This document shows positions 18,578-28,100 of a stretch of 64,000 nt of DNA, one piece after another. The translations under genes were made by a program, and so were the position numbers. The stretch is from assembly GCA_002762785.1 (NCBI GenBank), contig PCXY01000005.1, forward strand, positions 392,849-456,848, written 5' to 3'. Source of the stretch: Candidatus Woesearchaeota archaeon CG10_big_fil_rev_8_21_14_0_10_45_16. Its GTDB lineage: Archaea; Nanobdellota; Nanobdellia; Woesearchaeales; GW2011-AR9. The notes under the pieces are model-generated. The model searched no databases. It saw nothing but the letters and a program-made list of their open reading frames with translations, and was not told the DNA's origin. Within the stretch, counting starts at the first letter, position 1. Every line of letters starts with the position of its first letter.

Positions 18578-19213
18578 ATGAAATATCTCTCACGATTAGC
18601 GTTGGCAACGGCTCTTTCCGGCACAGGCTGCCTAGAGACTGGCACACCGATATCTAAACGAAGAACGGCTGCTCCCGTCGCTGTTCCTACAGCTGCAAGA
18701 CCGGATGCTGCGTCTACTCCTAAATGTGAATATCCAACTAATACCACTATTGGTGGCAATCCTGCAACTTTGTACGGGTCCGCTGAAGATTTAGCAAGCC
18801 AGAGGTGCTGGCCCGGCAGAGCCGTTATCCAGAGCCCTGAAAGTATCGAGGCCAAAATCTTCAGTTACTATCCTAACGGCAACATCAGAAAAGTCGACAC
18901 AGATAAGGAAAATGACGGGTCTATCGATACTTCTGAGATGTATGATCCTGATGGAAGGACAGTCAATGGATTTGTCGAGATTGGTTATCATCCAGGTTCA
19001 GATATTAGAAAAGAAGAACGGGCTTTTACTGTGGATAAAAGCGGAAAAAAGATGATCGCAACCAGTCAATACGATAGCCAAGGCCGTTTAATCTCTCAAG
19101 CTAACTTGAGCTATGATAAAGGGGTCCGAAAAGTCACTTTAGAAAAATACGGATACGATGTCGATGGAGAGAGACGTCTCTTAGAAACTCTCATCAACGG
19201 TGTAAAACAATAG
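18578..19213 (+). CDS. Putative lipoprotein, hypothetical
   Basis: Signal peptide with lipobox-like LSGTGCLE. Confidence 0.5.
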   Translation: MKYLSRLALATALSGTGCLETGTPISKRRTAAPVAVPTAARPDAASTPKCEYPTNTTIGGNPATLYGSAEDLASQRCWPGRAVIQSPESIEAKIFSYYPNGNIRKVDTDKENDGSIDTSEMYDPDGRTVNGFVEIGYHPGSDIRKEERAFTVDKSGKKMIATSQYDSQGRLISQANLSYDKGVRKVTLEKYGYDVDGERRLLETLINGVKQ

Positions 19214-19227
19214 GGGGAACAAAAAAA

Positions 19228-19530
19228 ATGTTCACAGATAAAAATATGGAAAACGTACAACGATCATTCCAGCTTGCGAAAAGCGATATCTATGCTCTCT
19301 ACGAGCATGTTAAAGTATTGCGGGCTGAAGTGGATTACCTGAAACAGCTTAATATGAAAAGCTCACAGCCGGCTGCTGTCGAGAAACAGTTTGTCGCGTC
19401 AGAGACCGGCAAGAAAGTCCATCAGGCTAACTGCCTGCATGCGCAGAAGATCAAGAAACGTGTGATCTTCAAGACCAAGACTTTGGCGTTGAACAAAGGC
19501 TACAAGTTGTGCAGCTGTTTAGCGTATTGA
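19228..19530 (+). CDS. Hypothetical coiled-coil protein with C-terminal Ada-like Zn-binding module
   Basis: C-terminal HQANCLHAQKIKKRVIFKTKTLALNKGYKLCSC matches the Ada N-terminal metal-binding pattern (C..KIK..N..F......A...GY+.C.C). Confidence 0.4.
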   Translation: MFTDKNMENVQRSFQLAKSDIYALYEHVKVLRAEVDYLKQLNMKSSQPAAVEKQFVASETGKKVHQANCLHAQKIKKRVIFKTKTLALNKGYKLCSCLAY

Positions 19531-19622
19531 TTTTTTTAATCTTTTTTTTCACCATTCTTTTTCTGAACTATCTTGATAATCCTAAAGATAAGAGAAAAAA
19601 ACTAAAAGAGAAATAACCCCTT

Positions 19623-20735
19623 CTACGGCAGCCAGGTCTTATGGTCTTTCAGTTTGTCGGGCAGGTATTTGTCGATGACGAAGTTTAATCCATGCTTAGC
19701 CAAAGCCTGCTGCTCCGCCCTGGCCTTCATCTTGATCTGCTGGTCAGCTGCTTTCTGCCATTCTTTGTAATGCTGTACGAAAGGATCATTTTTCAAGGCA
19801 TCCTTCGCCCGTTTGATATCGACATCTTTCAACGGATGTGTCGGCAGCTTGTAATCGATGATATCTTGTGGAGTGATACCGATATATTTTGCCTGCGGAA
19901 CACAGAAGTATTCATTGATGTGAGCAGCGTTTCCTGAACCTACTTTAAGGGTCCTATAAATATTGAAGTAACCATAAAAGTCTCCGTCACAAAATACATA
20001 CACTGGCAATTTATGGTCGTCAGCCAGTTTCCTGATAAATCTTCTACATGCTCTGGTCGGAACCCCACCCATGGAGATCAAGATGCAGTTGGCTTTCTTC
20101 CAGTAGCCGTGCTTGTTCAACCGTTCAAACATACCCGATGTTTCAATGGCTAACACGAACTTAGCCTTTGTCTTAAACTTCAGATGCTCTACTGATGAAG
20201 GAACTGAATAAGCACCTGAACCGAATTTAGTACAATCAATCTCTAAATCTTTTCCGGTATCTTGATCTTTATCGATCACAATCAACTCACCGGCCACGGC
20301 GCCGCCTTTCTCTTCCGGGATGAAGCCGATCTGTTCCCGGTTGACGGCCATCATCGCTTCGATATCGTCCATGACTGCATCTGATTCTGGTTGTTCTTTG
20401 AAACGGGCTTCGCCCCAGTTCTTAGAAACATAATATGCTTCCCTCTTAGTAGCGATGTCATCCGTTTCAACCAGATTTTTGGAAAGGTGCATCATCCGTA
20501 AAGTCTGGGCGAAAGTCTTGATGGTGGAAGCAGTAAGGGTCCTGGTCTTAGTCTTATCTAGCAGTTCAAAATAACCATCTTTGTCATTATATGTTACGTT
20601 GCTCAATGATCGTATCGGCATCTCCAGCTGCGGCTGTTTCTGCAGCAGGATGGTATTGTAGATCTTCTTCGCTACATCTTTGATCTTAAGTACAACTGGA
20701 TTGTTATCGTCTTTTTTTGCCATGGTCTTAGTCAT
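19623..20735 (-). CDS. top6A: DNA topoisomerase VI subunit A (Spo11-like)
   Basis: Toprim region [15 protein letters not shown] plus a 5Y-CAP/winged-helix N-terminus. The gene overlaps top6B by 8 nt. Confidence 0.9.
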   Translation of the reverse strand: MTKTMAKKDDNNPVVLKIKDVAKKIYNTILLQKQPQLEMPIRSLSNVTYNDKDGYFELLDKTKTRTLTASTIKTFAQTLRMMHLSKNLVETDDIATKREAYYVSKNWGEARFKEQPESDAVMDDIEAMMAVNREQIGFIPEEKGGAVAGELIVIDKDQDTGKDLEIDCTKFGSGAYSVPSSVEHLKFKTKAKFVLAIETSGMFERLNKHGYWKKANCILISMGGVPTRACRRFIRKLADDHKLPVYVFCDGDFYGYFNIYRTLKVGSGNAAHINEYFCVPQAKYIGITPQDIIDYKLPTHPLKDVDIKRAKDALKNDPFVQHYKEWQKAADQQIKMKARAEQQALAKHGLNFVIDKYLPDKLKDHKTWLP

Positions 20736-22425
20736 CTAAGGTTGTCTGCTTGTCTTTCTCTGACTTCTTATCTTCTTCATCTTCATCGCCGCTGTCGTAA
20801 TCTTCGTCATCCCGGCCTATCTTAGCTAGTTCCGGATCGTAATCTGGATTATCGACGCTGATCTCTTCTAACTCTCCCCGAGTATGTTCCAATATCTCGC
20901 AGAGGTTGTCTTCCACTTTTTTCTTGTCGATATCGCTCAATTGGATTATCTCCTGCAGTGCTTCAGCCACGTGAGGGATATATTTTTCGATGTAGCTGCG
21001 TTTCTTAGATTCTTCTTTGATCCTGCGTTTCTTGTTGACAAATGATGCCAATTTTCGGCCGCATTCCTGCAAAGCCAGTCTGATCTCTTTGGTGATTTCA
21101 TTATAATTGGCCAGCGCTTCTTTTGATTCTGATGTAAATGGCACCCAGACGGAAGTCATGTGGACGACGATGATGCAAGGGCCGACAGGTAAAGAACTTT
21201 TGCTTTGCTGTAATCCATAAGAACGCCAGCTAGTTCCTTGGATGGAGCTGGTGATAGCACAAGCCCCTTGCTGATATAGTAACGGAACACGGTTAGCGAA
21301 GCGCATGATCCTGACAGTCTTGTCCCCTTCTTGTTCTCCGCCGTATGCTAATGATGCTTCGATGATAAACGGATTTCCACGGTAGACTGATGGCGGTCTG
21401 GTGGTCGCGCAGTAAAATTCTGCGTTGACTTCTTTTCTCAGACCTTTTTCTAATAATTCTGCGCCGATCGGCGAGATACAATCTGTCGGCGGGGCGATGA
21501 TCTTGGTCTTTTGGATGCCGTTGTAAAGGTTCTCGACCATCTCTCGGGTCATCTTCTTCGGCTTGGTATTAGGCAGTAAAGCTGAATTGGCGCAGATCTC
21601 TTTGGCCGTCCCTGGTCCGACCCGGACGAATTCGGTAGTCAAAAATTGCTGCAGGGTAACTGCGGCTGTCGATTCCAGCATCTTCATCAATCTTCCCAGT
21701 TCCACACCGTATGGATGCGGCTGGATCTCTTTCGGTTCTGGCGGCAATTCTTCTGCAGCTCTGGGGAAGATGATCTGGTTTGCTTCAGGATTAGTATAGA
21801 TGATGGTACAGTGCGGGTTGACGATGGCCGTCTCTTTCAGGTATTCATCGACAGACTGTCTTCCTTTATTGTAGCTGCCGTCCATGTCGATCTCGATCCT
21901 TGTCCCGTGTTCTTTGACTGCCCACTCTTCTTCAGTCTCTTCCATGATCTGCGGTTCGTTGGTCGTCGTGTTGATCTTAAGTTTTATCTTGGTAGCCGGC
22001 TTGTCCTTTGCCGTTTTAGAAGTGATGATGGCTGCTTTTCCAGTTGTCAGCTGTCCATACAATACTGCTGCGGAGATACCGATCCCTTGCTGACCTCTGG
22101 TGGCGGAAAGCTTGTGGAATTTGGAACCGTACAACAGTTTTGCGAAAATTTTTGGGATCTGCGCTTTGATGATCCCTGGTCCGTTATCTTCAACGACCAT
22201 CCTGAAGCGGGTCTCGCTCAACTGGATCAGCTCAACGTTAATCTCCGGCAGGATCCTGGCTTCTTCACAGGCGTCTAGAGCGTTGTCGACAGCCTCTTTT
22301 ACTGCGGTCATCAGCGCTCTTCGAGGGTTGTCAAAACCAAGGAGATGTCTGTTCTTCTCAAAGAATTCTGCGATAGAAATCTCACGATGTTTCTTGGCTA
22401 ATTCCTCGGCGCTCTTTTTTTCCAT
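20728..22425 (-). CDS. top6B: DNA topoisomerase VI subunit B (GHKL ATPase)
   Basis: Bergerat fold motifs (EAVDNALDA; GxxGxG in GPGIIKAQ) and a transducer domain. Confidence 0.9.
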   Translation of the reverse strand: MEKKSAEELAKKHREISIAEFFEKNRHLLGFDNPRRALMTAVKEAVDNALDACEEARILPEINVELIQLSETRFRMVVEDNGPGIIKAQIPKIFAKLLYGSKFHKLSATRGQQGIGISAAVLYGQLTTGKAAIITSKTAKDKPATKIKLKINTTTNEPQIMEETEEEWAVKEHGTRIEIDMDGSYNKGRQSVDEYLKETAIVNPHCTIIYTNPEANQIIFPRAAEELPPEPKEIQPHPYGVELGRLMKMLESTAAVTLQQFLTTEFVRVGPGTAKEICANSALLPNTKPKKMTREMVENLYNGIQKTKIIAPPTDCISPIGAELLEKGLRKEVNAEFYCATTRPPSVYRGNPFIIEASLAYGGEQEGDKTVRIMRFANRVPLLYQQGACAITSSIQGTSWRSYGLQQSKSSLPVGPCIIVVHMTSVWVPFTSESKEALANYNEITKEIRLALQECGRKLASFVNKKRRIKEESKKRSYIEKYIPHVAEALQEIIQLSDIDKKKVEDNLCEILEHTRGELEEISVDNPDYDPELAKIGRDDEDYDSGDEDEEDKKSEKDKQTTLDD

Positions 22426-22464
22426 GATTCAAAGAAGGAAATGATGCATTTATAAAAATTGTGG

Positions 22465-22695
22465 TTAACGGTTAAGCCGGGTTAAACTATATACTGCTAA
22501 TGAAAGGATTATCAAAGAGAGCAAAGCCAACACTCCCGTCCCTGTCGATCCACCGCCGATAACCGCGCCAGTGATACCATTAGAATTATCAACAGTGTTC
22601 CCGACCAGAGCCGATAAAGAGAAGACGACGACGCTGATGACTACAAGAAACATCATCCCAGCCCTTTTAAGATCATTTACACTTTCACGTTCCAC
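22465..22695 (-). CDS. Small Gly-rich membrane protein
   Basis: Two hydrophobic helices; 76 aa. Confidence 0.3.
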   Translation of the reverse strand: MERESVNDLKRAGMMFLVVISVVVFSLSALVGNTVDNSNGITGAVIGGGSTGTGVLALLSLIILSLAVYSLTRLNR

Positions 22696-22730
22696 AGGAC
22701 CAGTAAACGGTCGGAGATATAAAAACGTTG

Positions 22731-23261
22731 CTATCCGAAGATCATCTCTTTTTTCTTCTTCTCTAAGAAATGGTAGACAGTCTTGTGCATGGAACCTGAC
22801 AGCAGCATCGCCACCGCTTCTCTGGCTACCGCCACTTGTTGTGTTTCGCCGATGATACCGATGGTCTTGCCATAGACAGATATGTTCGTGTCAGTCAGCC
22901 GTTCGATCTCCTGCCGGGACTTGCCGCCTTTACCGATGACCCGGCCTTTCAGCCGTTGGATGGTGTTCTGGCTCTTGCCGGCCACGTCTTTCATGTCGAT
23001 CAATTCAAACGCATAATCAGTCTTAAGAAGGAATAAAGCTATCTTTGGGTTGAAACCGCGGGCGATGGCCTTGACGATCTCCCGGGTCGTGTAAAGGATG
23101 ATGCCGTCATCACCAGTTATCGTAACGTCGCCTTCTTTAGAGATGTCCAGCGAACAGCCGGTAGCATCTTCGATCTCTGTTTTGGTGATACCGTCTGTAC
23201 CGATAAGTACGGCTACCCGTTCTTCGGGAATCTTGAGTTCGTAGGAGAAGGTTTCTTCCAT
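22731..23261 (-). CDS. KH-domain RNA-binding protein (Dim2/Pno1 homolog)
   Basis: Two KH motifs (VLIGTDGITK ; VIGKGGKSRQEIE). The Rio1-Dim2 gene pair is typical of archaea. Confidence 0.75.
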   Translation of the reverse strand: MEETFSYELKIPEERVAVLIGTDGITKTEIEDATGCSLDISKEGDVTITGDDGIILYTTREIVKAIARGFNPKIALFLLKTDYAFELIDMKDVAGKSQNTIQRLKGRVIGKGGKSRQEIERLTDTNISVYGKTIGIIGETQQVAVAREAVAMLLSGSMHKTVYHFLEKKKKEMIFG

Positions 23262-23263
23262 TC

Positions 23264-23974
23264 TTACTTCGAGCCGGTAATCCTTTTAAATACTTTCTCT
23301 TTATCTTTATGTATTCCTTGTTTCTCAAAGAAGCGTAGGACGTTGGTGATATCTCGTTCCAGCAACTCTTGTGAATTGGGGCTTTTTATCAGAGTTCCTT
23401 GTGAAAAGTCGATGATCACTGGCTTTTCATCAAGATTAAGGATGTTGAAAGAAGACAGATCTCCATGGATAAGACCACCTTTGTACATCTTTCTCATCTC
23501 TTTCAGCAGATCTTCCAGGAAAGCCGCTGGATCTTTTGGAGGGGCGTCTTTCAGAGGCGGCGCAGCTTCTTCTCCACCGATGAATTCTTCAACGATGATG
23601 TGGTTGCGCCAGGCCAATGCTTTAGGCACTCGCACTTTGCCTCTATCTGCTCGTAATAAGTTCTTATATTCCCTCTGGGTCCAGGAAAGGATGATCTGCC
23701 GCCGCTGGCTTTTGAGAAATTCATAGCGGGGGTCTTTCTTGATGTAGCCGAACATCCTTTTGAAGTCGCAGTTCTGCATACGGTAGATCTTGACGATGAC
23801 TCTCTCTTCTCCTTTTACGGCGACAAATACGTTGCTTTCTTTTCCTACTTTGAGCGGAGATACCAGTTCGTCGAAGACGCCTTTGCTCTGCAGGGTGAAA
23901 ATGGTGCGGTTGGTGAACTCGTCGAAGACGCCTTGCAGGGTCTTGAACCGTTCTTGATAGGTCAAAGTGGTCAT
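23264..23974 (-). CDS. rio1: RIO-type serine/threonine protein kinase (Rio1)
   Basis: GKESNVF glycine loop, catalytic LIHGDLSSFNIL, and metal-binding IIDFSQ. Confidence 0.85.
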   Translation of the reverse strand: MTTLTYQERFKTLQGVFDEFTNRTIFTLQSKGVFDELVSPLKVGKESNVFVAVKGEERVIVKIYRMQNCDFKRMFGYIKKDPRYEFLKSQRRQIILSWTQREYKNLLRADRGKVRVPKALAWRNHIIVEEFIGGEEAAPPLKDAPPKDPAAFLEDLLKEMRKMYKGGLIHGDLSSFNILNLDEKPVIIDFSQGTLIKSPNSQELLERDITNVLRFFEKQGIHKDKEKVFKRITGSK

Positions 23975-24105
23975 GGTCTCTTATTTTATGTATGAGCTTT
24001 TAATACTTCTGCCTAGATTAGAAACTACTGCCCAGTAACAAAACCACCGAAAGGTTTAAATATAAGCACTACAATTGAGTAGTAAACACCTCAAAACCAC
24101 CTCTT

Positions 24106-24140
24106 TTCCTCAGTAAGCCTCCGGGTTTACTGGGGTTTTT
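24106..24140 (+). other. 9-bp hairpin followed by T5 tract in long intergenic region
   Basis: CAGTAAGCC-tcc-GGGTTTACTG followed by GGGTTTTT. Confidence 0.25.
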
Positions 24141-24637
24141 ATAATCCTAAAATTTCACTTTTTTTTGTAAATTAAAAGTAAGATTGAGCTTTTTCTTGTG
24201 GTTTTGAGATTTCATAAAAACTGCCTCATTTTGGGTATCTGCCTAAAGCGCGGCACTTTATATTCTGAATAAAAGACCGAATAATTTATAAATGGAGCTC
24301 TCCCCCAGAAAAAAAGCCCGTCACGAGAGTACCTGTGGGAGCCCACGGCAAGTCCAAGCCATGAACATGGGGGTTAGTGGTACGGGCATCATACCTATTA
24401 CGATTTAGCAACAAAGTGGGGAAGTTTCCCACTCAAAAAAAACAGAAGGAAGAGCAGTTTAACTCTATCACATCATGATCATACCTCACGAATTCACCCG
24501 TACGAAACATCGTGAATAAGTCATTGACATCATGTCATAGTTTTTAGCATCTGCTCTTTCTACAGGAGGATAAAAATGGTATCAAAAAAACAAAGCTTTT
24601 TTTGGAACCTCCAGAAATCGCCAAGAGGTGATTTCTG

Positions 24638-25963
24638 ATGGCTAAAATAAGCCCAGTAGCATCAAAATATATTGTTCATTCGACCATCACCATCGACGGG
24701 ATCGTCGACCGTCCTGACGTTATCGGGGCCATCTTCGGCCAGACTGAAGGATTGCTCGGCAACGATCTGGAACTGCGCGAACTGCAGCGTTCCGGCCGTA
24801 TCGGCAGGATTGAAGTGAACATGAGCACCAGTTCAGGCAAGACGCAGGGAGAGATCATCATCCCCAGTTCTTTAGACAAGACCGAGACGGCTATCGTGGC
24901 CGCAGCTTTGGAGATAATCCAGCGTATCGGCCCTTGTAATGCTAAGATTCATGTTGATAAGATCGAAGATGTCCGTACTAGCAAGCGACAGTTCGTCGTC
25001 CAGAGAGCGAAAGAGCTTTTGAGGATCCTTACTGAAAATACGCTGCCGGATTCACAGGAGATCTCTGATGAAGTATCTCAGTCGGTCAGGATGCAGGAAG
25101 TAGTCGAGTATGGTCCGGAAAAACTTACTGCTGGTCCAGCTATCGAGGAAGGTGACGAGATCGTTATCGTCGAAGGTAGAGCGGACGTACTGAATCTTCT
25201 GAAGCACGGCTTCAAGAACGCCATCGCTATGAACGGCACTTCTTGTCCAGCTACCATCAAAGAGCTGACTAAGCATAAGACTGCTACCGTCTTTGTTGAT
25301 GGTGATAGAGGCGGAAATCTTATCATCCGCGAGCTTATCAGCACCACTGAGATTGATTTTGTCTGTAAGGCTCCCGACGGAAAAGAGGTTGAAGAGCTTA
25401 CCAAGAAAGAGATCCATAAAGCTCTTCGCGGTAAGATCACAGCTGAACAGGCCAAGTTGGACATGGGTATCGATGATGACGGTTCTTTAAAGAACGATGA
25501 CATCTCCCTAAGCCAGCGTCCTCGTCTTGGCAATAACAACCGTCCAGCGCGTCCGCAGCAACTGCAGCGCCGCCCGGAAAATAGTCGTTCTTTCCAGCAG
25601 CCACGCGGCAGCCCTAGTCCACGCGAGCGGGAGAGTGCTCCGGCCGCTAGCAGACCGCCGCGAGATCGTCTTTCTGTCGATGAGAAGAAAAAACTCAAGC
25701 AGACGATGGAAGATCTCCTGGGAACAAGGGGAGCCTGCATCTTTGACGAGAAACTGAATGTCCTGGGAAAAGTGCCGATGAGCGAGCTGGAGACGACCAT
25801 CAAGAGCCTGAAAGGCGGCATCTATGCTATCGCCGTAGATGGAACTGTCGATGAGGATCTGGTCAATACGGCAGAGAAGTACGGTATCTCCCATGTCGCG
25901 GCCAGTGACAGCAAAGTCAAAGACAGCCGCCGGGTGAACATCGTCACTGATGGCCAGCTGTAA
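24638..25963 (+). CDS. dnaG: DNA primase DnaG (archaeal type, Toprim) with Arg/Pro/Ser-rich disordered insert
   Basis: N-terminal VDRPDVIGAIFGQTEGLLG; Toprim EGRADVLNL ... VDGDRGG; low-complexity stretch NNNRPARPQQLQRRPENSRSFQQPRGSPSPRERES. Confidence 0.85.
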   Translation: MAKISPVASKYIVHSTITIDGIVDRPDVIGAIFGQTEGLLGNDLELRELQRSGRIGRIEVNMSTSSGKTQGEIIIPSSLDKTETAIVAAALEIIQRIGPCNAKIHVDKIEDVRTSKRQFVVQRAKELLRILTENTLPDSQEISDEVSQSVRMQEVVEYGPEKLTAGPAIEEGDEIVIVEGRADVLNLLKHGFKNAIAMNGTSCPATIKELTKHKTATVFVDGDRGGNLIIRELISTTEIDFVCKAPDGKEVEELTKKEIHKALRGKITAEQAKLDMGIDDDGSLKNDDISLSQRPRLGNNNRPARPQQLQRRPENSRSFQQPRGSPSPRERESAPAASRPPRDRLSVDEKKKLKQTMEDLLGTRGACIFDEKLNVLGKVPMSELETTIKSLKGGIYAIAVDGTVDEDLVNTAEKYGISHVAASDSKVKDSRRVNIVTDGQL

Positions 25964-26048
25964 TCTTTTATTTTTTCTTTCAACTTTTTCTTAGCTTCAG
26001 AACATTTTTTTCGATAGATTTATTATATCCTTTTCTTTCGATCTCTGC

Positions 26049-27392
26049 ATGGTGTTTGATGTTATCATCGGCAGAAGCAAAAAAGAGGTAGAAAAGTTCG
26101 GCAGGAAGGGTACGGTCTTCATCGCCAGGCAGTATGTCCAGATGGGCCAGACCACTTCGCTTTCTAACGATGTCTATCTTGATGTAGCCGGAGCGCACGT
26201 CGTGTTTATAGTCGGAAAGAGGGGATCAGGTAAGTCCTACACGATGGGTTCTATCGCCGAAGGCTTGGCCGACCTGCCGACTGAAGTAAGACAGAACCTT
26301 TCCATCGTATTGCTGGATACCATGGGCATCTACTGGACCATGAAGTATCCTAATTATGAAGATGCCGACCTGTTGAAACAATGGGGCATCGAACCGAAAG
26401 GACTGGATGTCAAGATCTATACGCCGACGGGTTTTTTCTATAAGTATCGGGATGAAGGGATCCCTACTGATTTTCCGTTCTCATTACGGCCGTTGGACGT
26501 CGACCCTTATGACTGGTGTCATGCTTTTAATCTTGATCCCAATTCGGCTGCCGGCGTCCTGATAACCAGGGTCGTCCAGGATTTTAACAAGAAGAAACAG
26601 AGCTACAGTCTGGACCAGCTGATAGCTGCCGTCAGGAACGACAAAGAAAGCGAGCACGTCACCGTCAGCGTCGTCGTCAACCAGTTCGAGAAAGCCAAAG
26701 GCTGGGAGATCTTTTCAGAAGAAGGCACGCTGCTGAAAGACATCATCGCTCCCGGTCAGGTAACGGTCTTGGATGTTTCTCCTTATGCGACGATGTCGTC
26801 CGGCTGGGAGATCAAGGCTTTGGTAGTTGGCATCATCTCCCGGACTTTGTTCCAGCAAAGGATGCTGGCCAGAAAGACGGAAGAGTTCAAGACCGTCGAT
26901 GCCGCTATGCATTATTTTTCAAAAGAAGTGGAAGAGAAGATGAGCGATCCGTTGGTGTGGCTTGCCCTGGACGAGGCGCACGAACTGCTGCCGCATGACG
27001 GCAAGACCGCCGCCTCTGACGCTTTGATAACTATCCTTCGCGAAGGCCGCCAGCCGGGAATCTCGTTGATCCTGGCGACGCAGCAGCCGGCTAAGATCCA
27101 TACGGATGTGATGACTCAAGCTGACACGGTGTTAGCCCATCGGTTGACGGCCCGGATGGATGTGGAGGCTCTCGGTCAGCTGACCCAGAGTTACATGAAA
27201 CACGGCCTCGTAGATGAGATCGACCATCTGCCCAGGGTTAAAGGTTCTGCAGTCATCTTTGACGATGCCAACGAACGGATCTTTCCGGTGCAGATGAAAC
27301 CAAGGTTCACCTGGCACGGCGGCGGCAGTCCGACTGCGCTGAAAGAAAGGAAGAATGATTACGAAAGGCAGTTGAAGTCGCTCCAAACATAG
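26049..27392 (+). CDS. HerA/FtsK-superfamily P-loop ATPase (HerA-like, DUF87-type)
   Basis: N-terminal HAS-barrel-like segment, Walker A VGKRGSGKS, Walker B LALDEAHELL, and REGRQPGISLILATQQP (the HerA/FtsK R-finger/sensor region). Confidence 0.7.
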   Translation: MVFDVIIGRSKKEVEKFGRKGTVFIARQYVQMGQTTSLSNDVYLDVAGAHVVFIVGKRGSGKSYTMGSIAEGLADLPTEVRQNLSIVLLDTMGIYWTMKYPNYEDADLLKQWGIEPKGLDVKIYTPTGFFYKYRDEGIPTDFPFSLRPLDVDPYDWCHAFNLDPNSAAGVLITRVVQDFNKKKQSYSLDQLIAAVRNDKESEHVTVSVVVNQFEKAKGWEIFSEEGTLLKDIIAPGQVTVLDVSPYATMSSGWEIKALVVGIISRTLFQQRMLARKTEEFKTVDAAMHYFSKEVEEKMSDPLVWLALDEAHELLPHDGKTAASDALITILREGRQPGISLILATQQPAKIHTDVMTQADTVLAHRLTARMDVEALGQLTQSYMKHGLVDEIDHLPRVKGSAVIFDDANERIFPVQMKPRFTWHGGGSPTALKERKNDYERQLKSLQT

Positions 27393-27410
27393 AAAACGTT
27401 TAAATAACAC

Positions 27411-28094
27411 TTGGTTCTTCTGCGATCCATGGCGCAGATCAAGACTGTCTTGGCAAAGTACGTATTCTTGGACATCATCAGCTATTCTTACAAGCGGACA
27501 GTGGAAGCGCAGACCGACATCATCGCGGTGATGAACGATATCGTCCGCAAGACCCTGAAAAACCTTAAGATACCTGACACCAAACGTATCCTACTGCCGA
27601 CTGGTGATGGTATCTGCATCGCTTTACTGAATATCAACGAGCCGTATGACATCCATCTTGAAGTGGCCCTGTCTATCCTGAAAGGCATCTACGAGCACAA
27701 TAATTCTGAAGAGGACCCGATGCGGCAGTTCAACGTGCGTATCGGAGTGAACGAGAATACTGACAACCAAGTTATCGATGTCAACGGCAACAATAACATC
27801 GCCGGCGCTGGTATCAATGAAGCGCAGCGGATCATGGACCAGGGCGAAAAAGCGATGATCTTTGTTGGTCGTACGGTACATAGTCATCTAGCCCAGCGAG
27901 AAAAATACCAGGGTAAATTTAGAAAATACGACGCAGTCATCAAACATAACCTTAAGCTAGAAGTCTATCAGTTGATAGATTCTGAATTACTTTATCTTAA
28001 TTCGGACCAACCGAAAGCGTTAGAAGATTTTATGGACAAAATCAAGTCACATAAAGAAAAGTTTCAGAAAAGATTATTATTTAAAAATAATTGA
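27411..28094 (+). CDS. Stand-alone class III nucleotidyl cyclase-like protein (adenylyl/guanylyl-cyclase catalytic fold)
   Basis: VFLDIISYSY (metal Asp 1), LPTGDGICIA (metal Asp 2), VRIGVNEN...DVNG, and GAGINEAQRIMD (Asn/Arg transition-state pair). It starts 18 bp after the ATPase stop. Confidence 0.6.
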   Translation: MVLLRSMAQIKTVLAKYVFLDIISYSYKRTVEAQTDIIAVMNDIVRKTLKNLKIPDTKRILLPTGDGICIALLNINEPYDIHLEVALSILKGIYEHNNSEEDPMRQFNVRIGVNENTDNQVIDVNGNNNIAGAGINEAQRIMDQGEKAMIFVGRTVHSHLAQREKYQGKFRKYDAVIKHNLKLEVYQLIDSELLYLNSDQPKALEDFMDKIKSHKEKFQKRLLFKNN

Positions 28095-28100
28095 AAATAA

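Noticed and set aside
21563-22444. Plus-strand ORFs (78-210 aa) overlapping top6B
   Set aside because: They are antisense to a high-confidence GHKL ATPase gene and Cys/Phe-rich nonsense composition.
24290-24440. Possible RNase P or SRP RNA in the rio1-dnaG spacer
   Set aside because: Only loose resemblance to the P4 strand (GGCAAGUCC) and to the SRP GGAAGGAAG motif was found. No convincing P4 partner or helix-8 GNRA hairpin was found, so it is kept only as an unexplained structured segment.
25078-25894. Long antisense ORFs (247 aa and 128 aa) opposite dnaG
   Set aside because: They have low-complexity Ser/Arg/Leu-rich translation mirroring the GC-rich low-complexity part of dnaG; this is a shadow frame.
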